A stretch of DNA of 64,000 nt from Acidimicrobiaceae bacterium (GTDB lineage: Bacteria > Actinomycetota > Acidimicrobiia > Acidimicrobiales > Aldehydirespiratoraceae). Position 1 is the first letter of the stretch, and each line of letters begins with the position of its first letter. The stretch spans positions 1,994 to 65,993 of the forward strand of contig VXWX01000112.1 of NCBI GenBank assembly GCA_009835735.1, in the 5' to 3' direction. This document shows, piece after piece, positions 38,975-46,761 of the stretch. The translations under genes were made by a program, and so were the position numbers. Under the pieces are notes generated by a model, which saw nothing but the letters and a program-made list of their open reading frames with translations, was not told the DNA's origin and ran no database searches.

Positions 38975-39917
38975 GCAATTGCCGTCGCGGCCGGGCTACC
39001 AGCACCGGGGTGCACGCAGGCTCGCCGACAGGCGGTCGATGGCGGGACAGCCGCTCGAGACACCCGGCGACGAGATCGCGCCGCACTGGCGGACCGTGTG
39101 GCGACGGTTCCGCAGGCACCGTCTGGCCGTCGGCTCGCTGGCCGTGTTCACCTTGATCGCGCTGTGCGCCGTACTTGCCGACTGGGTCGCTCCCTACGGC
39201 GCCACCGAGCAGAATCTGGACAGGATCCTGGCCCCGCCAGGCCGCGACTTCCTGCTGGGGACGGACACCCTCGGGCGCGACACTCTGAGCCGGATCCTCT
39301 ACGGAGGCCGGATCTCCCTGCTGGTCGGGGTGTCGGTGGCGTTGATCAGCGGCGTCGTGGGAACGGCGGTGGGGCTGGTGGCTGGCTACTGCCGGGGTTG
39401 GGTGGACTCGGTGCTGATGCGCTTCACCGACACCATGCTGGCGCTCCCGAGCCTGATGGTGGTGATCATGGCGGCTCGAATGCTGGGCGACAGCGTGCTC
39501 GACGTGGTGATCGTCCTGGCCGCAGTCAGCTGGATGGTCCCGGCCCGGATAGTGCGGGCCAAGGTGCTGTCATTGTGCGAGAACCAGTTCGTCGAGGCAG
39601 CCGTCTCGCTCGGTGTGCCCGGCCGTCGCATCATGGTGCGCGATCTGCTGCCCAACCTGGTCGGCGAGATCGTCGTGGCGGTGTCGTTGACCGTGGCCGG
39701 TGCCATCCTCGCGGAGTCGACGCTGAGCTTCCTCGGCCTGGGTGTCAGCGCGGCCCATACCGCGACCTGGGGAAACATGCTCGGGGGCAACGAGGGCTTC
39801 ATGATCACCGCGCCCTGGCTGGTGTGGGCTCCGGGCCTGGCCATCGTGGCCACGGTGCTGTGCATCAACTTCATCGGCGACGGCCTGCGCGACGCCCTCG
39901 ATCCTCCCCGCCGGTAG
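38967..39917 (+). CDS. ABC transporter permease (DppC-like)
   Basis: Overlaps the previous gene by 8 nt. EAA-type region (FVEAAVSLGVPGRRIM). Confidence 0.85.
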   Translation: MAEQLPSRPGYQHRGARRLADRRSMAGQPLETPGDEIAPHWRTVWRRFRRHRLAVGSLAVFTLIALCAVLADWVAPYGATEQNLDRILAPPGRDFLLGTDTLGRDTLSRILYGGRISLLVGVSVALISGVVGTAVGLVAGYCRGWVDSVLMRFTDTMLALPSLMVVIMAARMLGDSVLDVVIVLAAVSWMVPARIVRAKVLSLCENQFVEAAVSLGVPGRRIMVRDLLPNLVGEIVVAVSLTVAGAILAESTLSFLGLGVSAAHTATWGNMLGGNEGFMITAPWLVWAPGLAIVATVLCINFIGDGLRDALDPPRR

Positions 39918-40021
39918 CTGTCTGTTGTCCCGAGTGACCCGCCCCGCCGCGACGAAGCATGCCGGCGGCCCACTAGCCTCCGATGCGAGACTTCGAAGGG
40001 CCTGCCGAAAGGAGCACACCG

Positions 40022-40387
40022 ATGGCGGCTAGAGGTTCAACAGCTTGGCACTCCTGGGTCGAGGCGGTCTTCGACGACTCGGTGAACCGGTCCCGGCCCC
40101 GAGCGCTGAGGGCGCTCGCTGAGTGGGCGGCAGCCTCGGTGGGAGTGAACGGCGATGTCTACGCGGGCATCTCCGCGGGTTATGCGGCCGTGTCGCGCGC
40201 CGCCGAGTCTCCGGAGGCGACGATCCGGGCTGCTCGCTACGCCATCTGGCACGCAGTGACGTCGCTGCGTGAGAGCAGCCCCGACGACGTCGACGTATGG
40301 CACTTCGAGCTGCACGCTGCGGGCGAGCTCATAGGTCTGCGCCTTCCTGACCGTCCCCACCTGGAGAACGTCTCGATCGCCAGCTGA
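40022..40387 (+). CDS. Hypothetical protein
   Basis: The ATG at 40022 is preceded by GAAAGGAG at 7-nt spacing. No recognisable motif. Confidence 0.4.
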   Translation: MAARGSTAWHSWVEAVFDDSVNRSRPRALRALAEWAAASVGVNGDVYAGISAGYAAVSRAAESPEATIRAARYAIWHAVTSLRESSPDDVDVWHFELHAAGELIGLRLPDRPHLENVSIAS

Positions 40388-40400
40388 GAGGCCGAGCCTG

Positions 40401-41933
40401 TCAGCCGATCTCGTCGGGCATCCCGGCCTTGCGTCGGGCCACGTAGTCGCGCAGCTCGGCGTCCACCGCGTCGTCGATGGGGGGCGGCTCGTAGTCGGCC
40501 AGGAGCTGCTTCCAGCGGGCGTTGGCCCGCTGTCCGGCTGAGAGCGAGCCCTCCTCGGACCACTGCTCGTAGCTGGCCGCGTCGGAGATGTCCGACCGCC
40601 AGAAGGCGGTCTCGAAGTTGACCAGAGTGTGCTGGTTGCCCAGGAAGTGGTCGCCGTGGGCGTTGGTGCGGAACGCCTCCATGGCCTGGCCGTTGTCGCT
40701 GATGTCGACTCCCCGGGCCCAGACCTCCATGGCGCCCAACTGGTCGGCGTCGAGGATCAGCTTCTCGTAGCCCAGCGCCAGCCCTCCTTCCTGCCAGCCC
40801 GCGGCGTGCAGCACGAAGTTCACCCCCGCCTGCATCGTGGGCAGCAGGGTGTGGGCCGACTCGTAGGCGGCCTGCGCGTCGGGCAGCTTTGAGGACGTGA
40901 ATTGGCCGCCTGAACGGAACGGCACACCGACCCGGCGGGCCAGCGACGCCATCACGTGGATGGCTTGGCCGGCCTCGGGCGTGCCGAAGGTGGGCGCTCC
41001 GGTGGCCATCGACATCGAGGAGGCGAACGTGCCGAACACGACGGGCGCGCCGGGCCGCACCAGTTGCAGGTAGGCCATGCCCGAGAGGGCTTCGGCCAGA
41101 GCCTGGGCGGCCAGGCCGGCCACCGTCACCGGCGACATGGCCCCGGCCAGGATGAACGGGCTGACGATGCAGGCCTGGTTGGCCCGGGCGTAGGCGGTGG
41201 CCGCGCCCAGCATGGTGGCGTCCCAGCGCATCGGCGACGAGGCGTTGATCAGCGAGGTCATCACCGTGCGGTCGGCGAGGTCTCCGCCGAAGGCGATGCG
41301 GGCCATCTCGACGGAGTCGGCGGCCCGTTCGGCCGCGGTCACCGAGCCCATGAAGGGCTTGTCGCTGTAGCGCAGGTGGGCGTAAACCATGTCGAGGTGG
41401 CGCTTGTTGACCGGCACGTCCACCGGCTCGCACACCGTGCCCCCGCTGTGGTGCAGCTGGGGCAGGGCATAGGCGAGCTTCACCACGTTGCAGAAGTCCT
41501 CCAGCGTGGCGTAGCGGCGACCCCGGTCGAGATCCATGACGAACGGCGAGCCGTAGTTGGGGGCGAAGACGGTGGCGTCGCCCCCGACCATGACGCTGCG
41601 GGCCGGGTTGCGGGCGTGCTGGGTGTAGACGGCAGGGGCGTTGTCCTGCACGATCTGGCGGCACAGGCCGGGAGGGAACTTCACGAGCTCGCCGTCGATG
41701 GCGGCCCCGGCGGCCCGCCACAGCTCCAGCGCCTCCGGGAATTCCTGGAAGGCGATGCCGACCTCGGACAGGATCGTCTCGGCGTTGCGTTCGATCTGCT
41801 CCAGACCCTCGTCATCGACTATGTCCACCGGCGGCAGCCGACGGACCAGGTACGGGGCCGCTTCGGCCGTTGAGGCCCTCGCTGCCCGCCGACCGGCCCG
41901 GCCTCCGCCTCTGCGCCCTCGTGCCTCGCTCAT
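40401..41933 (-). CDS. MttB-superfamily methyltransferase, non-pyrrolysine (last gene of the corrinoid operon)
   Basis: 510 aa, paralogous to 24146..25681 (shared blocks such as AYESxxxL and GWxEGGL). No in-frame TAG. Confidence 0.8.
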   Translation of the reverse strand: MSEARGRRGGGRAGRRAARASTAEAAPYLVRRLPPVDIVDDEGLEQIERNAETILSEVGIAFQEFPEALELWRAAGAAIDGELVKFPPGLCRQIVQDNAPAVYTQHARNPARSVMVGGDATVFAPNYGSPFVMDLDRGRRYATLEDFCNVVKLAYALPQLHHSGGTVCEPVDVPVNKRHLDMVYAHLRYSDKPFMGSVTAAERAADSVEMARIAFGGDLADRTVMTSLINASSPMRWDATMLGAATAYARANQACIVSPFILAGAMSPVTVAGLAAQALAEALSGMAYLQLVRPGAPVVFGTFASSMSMATGAPTFGTPEAGQAIHVMASLARRVGVPFRSGGQFTSSKLPDAQAAYESAHTLLPTMQAGVNFVLHAAGWQEGGLALGYEKLILDADQLGAMEVWARGVDISDNGQAMEAFRTNAHGDHFLGNQHTLVNFETAFWRSDISDAASYEQWSEEGSLSAGQRANARWKQLLADYEPPPIDDAVDAELRDYVARRKAGMPDEIG

Positions 41934-41994
41934 GTTGGCTCGTTCATGGTCTAGTTGTCTCCGGATCGTGAATTCGGCGATTGTCGAGCGATGT

Positions 41995-43971
41995 TCAGGC
42001 CGCGGGGCGGGGTCTGCGGCGCCGGCGGGAACCCTGTTCGTGACCAGCAGCGGCCGCCTCGGGAAGATCGATCACCGCGGCAAGATGCGGGGTGGGATCG
42101 GTGTCGTGGGGGAAGGCCATCGCCGCGACGAATAGCTCCTGGAAGCGGGACTCGGTGGCCGTCTCGATCTTGATCACCGACCGCACCACCCCCTCGATCT
42201 CCAGGCGCTGCTCACCCGAGAGCAGCATGCGGACGGCGCCCACTCCCGAAGCGTTGCCGGCGGCCCGCACACCGCCTGCGGGTGTGTCGGGGACGAGGCC
42301 CAGCACCATCGCCCGAACCGGGTCTATGTGGGCTCCGAAGGCTCCGGCCAGCCGGATGTCGGGCACCTCGACGATCCCCGCGTGCTCGCGCAGCAAGTCG
42401 ATGCCGGCCCGCAGAGCGGCTTTGGCCAGCTGGACGGCACGGACGTCGTTCTGGGTGATCGACAGCAGGATCGGCTCGGTCTGAAGCACATAACTGAAGG
42501 TGCGGCCGTCGGCCACGATGCGGGGCGACCGGTGCACCTCCGACGAGATCACGCCGTGGCGATCGGTGATTCCGGACAGGAACATCTCCGCGATCACCTC
42601 GATGATGCCCGAGCCGCACAAGCCCGAGACCTGGAGCCCGGCGCGGTCCAACTCCTCGGCAAACCCGGGCTCGTCGGACCAGAGCTCGCAGCCGATGACC
42701 TTCAATCGGGGCTCCCAGGTCTCCCCGTCGATCCGGATCCGCTCCACCGCGCCGGGAGTGGCCCTCTGCCCGCAGCTGATCTGTGCTCCCTCGAACGCCG
42801 GACCGGTCGGGCTGGATGCGGCCAGGACCCGGTGCCCGTCGCCCAGCACGATCTCGGCGTTGGTGCCCACGTCCACCACCAGCATCGGTTCCGTCGTCCG
42901 GTGAGGTCCCTCGGCCAGGGTGGCCGCGGCCGCGTCGGCCCCGACATGCCCGGCGATGCACGGACCGATGTACAGAGCGGCGTTCGGTAGCCCGATCCCG
43001 ATGTCGGTGGCGCGACCCCGCACGGCCGCGGCGGTGGTGAGCGTGAACGGCGCCGCGCCCAGCGGTGTGGGGTCCAGGCCCAGCACCAGGTGGTGCATGA
43101 TCGGGTTCCCCACCACCACAAGGTCGTGCACCCTGCTGTGGTCGGCGCCGGCCAGCCCGCACAACTCGCCCACCAGTTCGTCGATGGCGGTTCGCACCGC
43201 GGCGGTGAGCTCGGTCTCGCCGCCGGGGTTCATCATCACGTAGGAGACCCGGCTCATGAGGTCCTCGCCGAAGCGGATCTGCGGGTTCATCCGGCCCGAG
43301 GCCGCGACCACCTCGCCCGACGACAGCTCGAGCAGGTACCCGGCGATGGTCGTCGATCCCACATCGACGGCCACCCCCCAGGCCTCGTCGGAGTAGCCGG
43401 GCCGCACGTCGAGAACGGTGTGGCGGTTGTGCACCACCACCGTGACCGACCGGTCTCCGGCCGCTATGGCCGGGGAGAGCCCGGCCAGGACCGGCACCGG
43501 GAACTCCACCTCGGTCAGGCCCCAGTCGGTGGCCAGGGCCTCGGCGACCAGGTCGACCTCCGCGGCCTCGAAACCGAGGACAACCTCGGGAAGCTCCACG
43601 TAGTGGAGGGTGACCACCGGGTGGATGACCACCTCGGCGAGGTCGATCGACTTGCGCACCACCGGCCGGTGGACCTGGCTCTCCGGCGGGACGTCGACGA
43701 CGGCGTTGGCCAGCACCACGGCCTGGCAGCCCAGACGGAAGCCCTCGGCGATCGGGCGACGCCCCCGGTAGCGCAACTCGGTGGGGCCGGGATCCGAAAG
43801 GACGCCGACATCAGTGGCCGAGACCTGGCAGCGGCCGCACAAGCCCCGGCCGCCGCACACCGAGTCGAGGTCCACACCGCCGGCCCGGGCCGCGTCGAGG
43901 ACGGTGGCCCCGGCAGCCACCGAGGCGCGTATGCCCGAGGGGTTGAACACGACGCTGTGCGTGTCGTGCAT
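41995..43971 (-). CDS. Corrinoid reductive-activation protein (RACo/RamA-like): N-terminal 2Fe-2S ferredoxin plus ASKHA (DUF4445) ATPase domain
   Basis: CGGRGLCGRCQV ferredoxin motif followed by a long ASKHA-like domain (AVDVGSTT, VDVGTNAEIV). Confidence 0.75.
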   Translation of the reverse strand: MHDTHSVVFNPSGIRASVAAGATVLDAARAGGVDLDSVCGGRGLCGRCQVSATDVGVLSDPGPTELRYRGRRPIAEGFRLGCQAVVLANAVVDVPPESQVHRPVVRKSIDLAEVVIHPVVTLHYVELPEVVLGFEAAEVDLVAEALATDWGLTEVEFPVPVLAGLSPAIAAGDRSVTVVVHNRHTVLDVRPGYSDEAWGVAVDVGSTTIAGYLLELSSGEVVAASGRMNPQIRFGEDLMSRVSYVMMNPGGETELTAAVRTAIDELVGELCGLAGADHSRVHDLVVVGNPIMHHLVLGLDPTPLGAAPFTLTTAAAVRGRATDIGIGLPNAALYIGPCIAGHVGADAAAATLAEGPHRTTEPMLVVDVGTNAEIVLGDGHRVLAASSPTGPAFEGAQISCGQRATPGAVERIRIDGETWEPRLKVIGCELWSDEPGFAEELDRAGLQVSGLCGSGIIEVIAEMFLSGITDRHGVISSEVHRSPRIVADGRTFSYVLQTEPILLSITQNDVRAVQLAKAALRAGIDLLREHAGIVEVPDIRLAGAFGAHIDPVRAMVLGLVPDTPAGGVRAAGNASGVGAVRMLLSGEQRLEIEGVVRSVIKIETATESRFQELFVAAMAFPHDTDPTPHLAAVIDLPEAAAAGHEQGSRRRRRPRPAA

Positions 43972-43972
43972 G

Positions 43973-44863
43973 TCAGGCGCTTCGGCGACGCCCGCCCCGC
44001 CGTCTCAGGCCGACCGTGTCGGGGTCCCGGTGCTCGGCGATCCACGCAGCGCAGTCCCGGTCGTTCCCGGCCAGGACATCGGCGGCCATCACCGCGTTCT
44101 TCACCTCGGGGTGCATGGGGTTCATGATCGCGGAGGTGAGCCCGGTGCCTATGGCCATCGACAGGAACGTCCCGGTGATCATGTGGCGGGCCGGGAGGCC
44201 GAAGCTGACATTGCTGGCACCGCAGGTGGTGTTAACCCCCAACTCGGTGCGCAGCCGCCGGACCAGCTGGAACACCTGCCGTCCAGCGGTGCCCATGGCG
44301 CCGATCGGCATCACCAGCGGGTCAACCACCACATCGGAGGCCGGGATGCCGTGGTCGGCGGCCCGGTTGACGATCTTGCGAGCGACCTCGAAGCGCACGT
44401 CGGGATCCTCGCTGATGCCCGTCTCGTCGTTGGAGATGGCCACCACCGCGGCGCTGTGGCGGGCCACCAGAGGCAGCACCCGCTCCAGGACCTCCTCCTC
44501 CCCGGTGACGGAGTTGATGAGGGGCTTGCCCTCGTACACCGCAATTCCGGCCTCCAGGGCTTCGATGATCGAGGAATCGATGGAGAGGGGCACGTCGGTG
44601 ACGCTCTGAACGAGCTTGATGGCTTGGGCCAGAAGGGCGGGCTCGTCGGCGAGGGGGATCCCCGCATTGACGTCGAGCATGTGGGCTCCAGCCGCGGTCT
44701 GCGCCAGTGCATCGGCCTCGACCCGGCTGAAGTCCCCCTTGCGCATCTCCTCGGCCAGCAGCCGCCGGCCGGTGGGGTTGATGCGCTCGCCGATCATCAC
44801 GAACGGACGGTCGAACCCGATGACCACCTCTTTGGTGGCCGAGCTGACGACGGTGTCGGTCAC
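43973..44863 (-). CDS. Methyltetrahydrofolate:corrinoid methyltransferase (pterin-binding domain, MtgA/AcsE/MetH-like)
   Basis: FVMIGERINPTG, LDVNAG, INSVTGE and CGASNVSFGLP pterin-binding barrel motifs. The GTG at 44863 overlaps the upstream stop. The upstream part of the track ORF is not used. Confidence 0.8.
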   Translation of the reverse strand: MTDTVVSSATKEVVIGFDRPFVMIGERINPTGRRLLAEEMRKGDFSRVEADALAQTAAGAHMLDVNAGIPLADEPALLAQAIKLVQSVTDVPLSIDSSIIEALEAGIAVYEGKPLINSVTGEEEVLERVLPLVARHSAAVVAISNDETGISEDPDVRFEVARKIVNRAADHGIPASDVVVDPLVMPIGAMGTAGRQVFQLVRRLRTELGVNTTCGASNVSFGLPARHMITGTFLSMAIGTGLTSAIMNPMHPEVKNAVMAADVLAGNDRDCAAWIAEHRDPDTVGLRRRGGRRRSA

Positions 44864-45237
44864 TGGGGGTCTCCTTCGGAGTCGATGCTGCGATCGGGAT
44901 CCCAGCCGCCGGTCTTGACGAACTCGTCGAGCCGCTCCCGGGGGAACGCCTCCTCCAGGGAGGCTGCGGCCGCCATGGCGGCCTCCTCGGGGTCGGCGGC
45001 GCCCGAGGGGATCACGGACCGGCGCCACTCGCCGACGTACTGCGAGGCCTGGGTCTTGCCCGCCACCATGGCGGCCCGGTCGATGGCTCTCTGGAACCGG
45101 CGGGGGAGGATGCGCTGGACCCGGTCGGCGCCGGAGCCGCCGTTGACCTGGGCGGGTATGTCGCGCCAACTGATCAGCACCAGGCTCCCGTCGTCGTTGC
45201 GGCGCCTGCGCCCGCCTCGCCCCGCTGGAGGACTCAT
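44860..45237 (-). CDS. Small 'virulence factor'-family (PF13769-like) protein of unknown function
   Basis: The 125-aa ORF contains ISWRDIPAQV...RFQRAIDRAAM...EWRR, recalled as the signature of this family. ATGA overlap with the upstream gene and GTGA overlap with the downstream gene. Confidence 0.6.
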   Translation of the reverse strand: MSPPAGRGGRRRRNDDGSLVLISWRDIPAQVNGGSGADRVQRILPRRFQRAIDRAAMVAGKTQASQYVGEWRRSVIPSGAADPEEAAMAAAASLEEAFPRERLDEFVKTGGWDPDRSIDSEGDPQ

Positions 45238-45866
45238 GCCGCCTCTGAGGTGTCCGCGCCGGCCAGCTCCACGATCCGGCCCTCGAGTCCGCCGATGCCG
45301 GTGACGATCCTCTCGCAGCGAAGGCCGAGACGGGCGGCGGCCTGCTCCGCGGCGCGGGCCAGGCGGTCGTCGTCGGCCTGCGCGAGGTGGACGACACGGG
45401 TGTAGTTGCCGAAGTACGCCTCGAGGAGTTCCGGATGCTGGGAGATGCCCAGCCCCTCCATGATCAAGCGATTGAAATGCCGCACCAGGTAGTCGGTGAG
45501 GTAGAAGGTGCCCGGCTCGGCCTCCTGCAGGCCGGCGAAGGCGTCGGTGCCGGCGTAGAGCTCGTAGCAGTGGGCGCCGGGCAGCCGCTCGACCCCCTCC
45601 TCGGAGCACACCCGGTCGAGCAGCCCGCCCGTGCCGCAGTCCATGTAGCCCACGATGATCGTGGAGTAGGCGCCGCGCTCCTTGGCGACCCGGACCCGCC
45701 GGCGGACGGCGTCGGGGATCCGCTCGGGGCGGTTGTGCATGATCGCGGGCAGGCACTCCACCTCAAGGTGCTTGCTGCCGTTGAGGGCTGCTACCTCGCG
45801 CAGCTCGCGAACCAGCGCGCCACAGCCGATGACTAGAACCTTCGAAGGGTGCGGCGGGGCCGTCAT
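45234..45866 (-). CDS. DUF1638-domain protein
   Basis: 210 aa: VLVIGCGALVRE..., YMDCGTGG..., FYLTDYL. This pattern is recalled from DUF1638 proteins found next to corrinoid proteins. Confidence 0.6.
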   Translation of the reverse strand: MTAPPHPSKVLVIGCGALVRELREVAALNGSKHLEVECLPAIMHNRPERIPDAVRRRVRVAKERGAYSTIIVGYMDCGTGGLLDRVCSEEGVERLPGAHCYELYAGTDAFAGLQEAEPGTFYLTDYLVRHFNRLIMEGLGISQHPELLEAYFGNYTRVVHLAQADDDRLARAAEQAAARLGLRCERIVTGIGGLEGRIVELAGADTSEAA

Positions 45867-46579
45867 CCGGCCCGGCGGGCCGTCACGAGGGTCTTGGCCG
45901 TCTCAGAGGCGATGGCAGCGTCGCGGCAGTACGCGTCGGCGCCGATGGCCGATCCGAACTCCTCGTTGAGGGGAGCCCCGCCGACGAGGATGATGAAGTC
46001 GTCGCGTATGCCCTTCTCGATGAGGGTGTCGATCACCACCTTCATGTAGGGCATGGTGGTGGTGAGCAGGGCCGACATGCCCAGGATGTCGGGCTTGTGC
46101 TCGTCGAGGGCGGCCAGGAACTCCTCGGCGTCGGTGTTGATGCCGAGGTCGAACACCTCGAAGCCGGCTCCCTCCAGCATCATCGCCACCAGGTTCTTGC
46201 CGATGTCGTGGATGTCGCCCTTGACTGTTCCGATAACGACGCTGCCGATGGGCTCGGCGCCCGTCTCGGCCAGCAGCGGCCGCAGGATGGACATGCCGGC
46301 CTTCATCGCGTTGGCGGCCAGCAGGACCTCGGGCACGAACAGGATCCCGTCGCGGAAGTCGATGCCCACGATGCGCATGCCCTCGACCAGGGCGTCGTTC
46401 AGGACCTTGTCGGCCGACCATCCGCGGCCCAGCAGGATGTTGGTGCCCTCGGCGATCTCGTCGGCCAGACCGTCATAGAGATCGTCGTGCATCTGGGTCG
46501 TGAGCTCCTCGTCGTCGAGGCTCGCGAGATCAATGTCGTCGTCGACCATGTCGGGTCCGGGAGCAGGGGTGTCGGTCAT
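45863..46579 (-). CDS. Corrinoid (cobalamin-binding) protein
   Basis: B12-binding motifs GDIHDIGKN (DxHxxG), SALLTTT and VGGAP, preceded by a helical cap domain. ATG at 46579. Confidence 0.85.
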   Translation of the reverse strand: MTDTPAPGPDMVDDDIDLASLDDEELTTQMHDDLYDGLADEIAEGTNILLGRGWSADKVLNDALVEGMRIVGIDFRDGILFVPEVLLAANAMKAGMSILRPLLAETGAEPIGSVVIGTVKGDIHDIGKNLVAMMLEGAGFEVFDLGINTDAEEFLAALDEHKPDILGMSALLTTTMPYMKVVIDTLIEKGIRDDFIILVGGAPLNEEFGSAIGADAYCRDAAIASETAKTLVTARRAG

Positions 46580-46639
46580 CCGGCTAAGCCCTCCGCATGT
46601 CGGTTTGGGCCCACTTCCACGGATTACAGCCACTCGCTG

Positions 46640-46674
46640 GTTCCGTACTGTGGACCAGTCCCACGATACGGAAC
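46640..46674. promoter_or_regulatory. Interrupted inverted repeat / hairpin in a divergent intergenic region
   Basis: GTTCCGTA (46640-46647) pairs with TACGGAAC (46667-46674). The inner pair is GTGG (46650-53) with CCAC (46661-64). It lies between the corrinoid operon and leuS. Confidence 0.3.
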
Positions 46675-46761
46675 GGATCGTAGCACGGTCCGGTACCGAC
46701 ACAAGCAACCCGCGCGCCAGATTTCCATCAGCGACGCGGCGGCCCCGTAGCCTTGGCCGTC

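Noticed and set aside
46580-46761. Cobalamin riboswitch upstream of the corrinoid-protein operon; tRNA or T-box leader upstream of leuS
   Set aside because: I could not find the B12-box/GCCACUG core on the relevant strand, a T-loop (GTTCRANYC) or cloverleaf, or a T-box sequence. B12 riboswitches are also not expected in front of B12-using enzymes.
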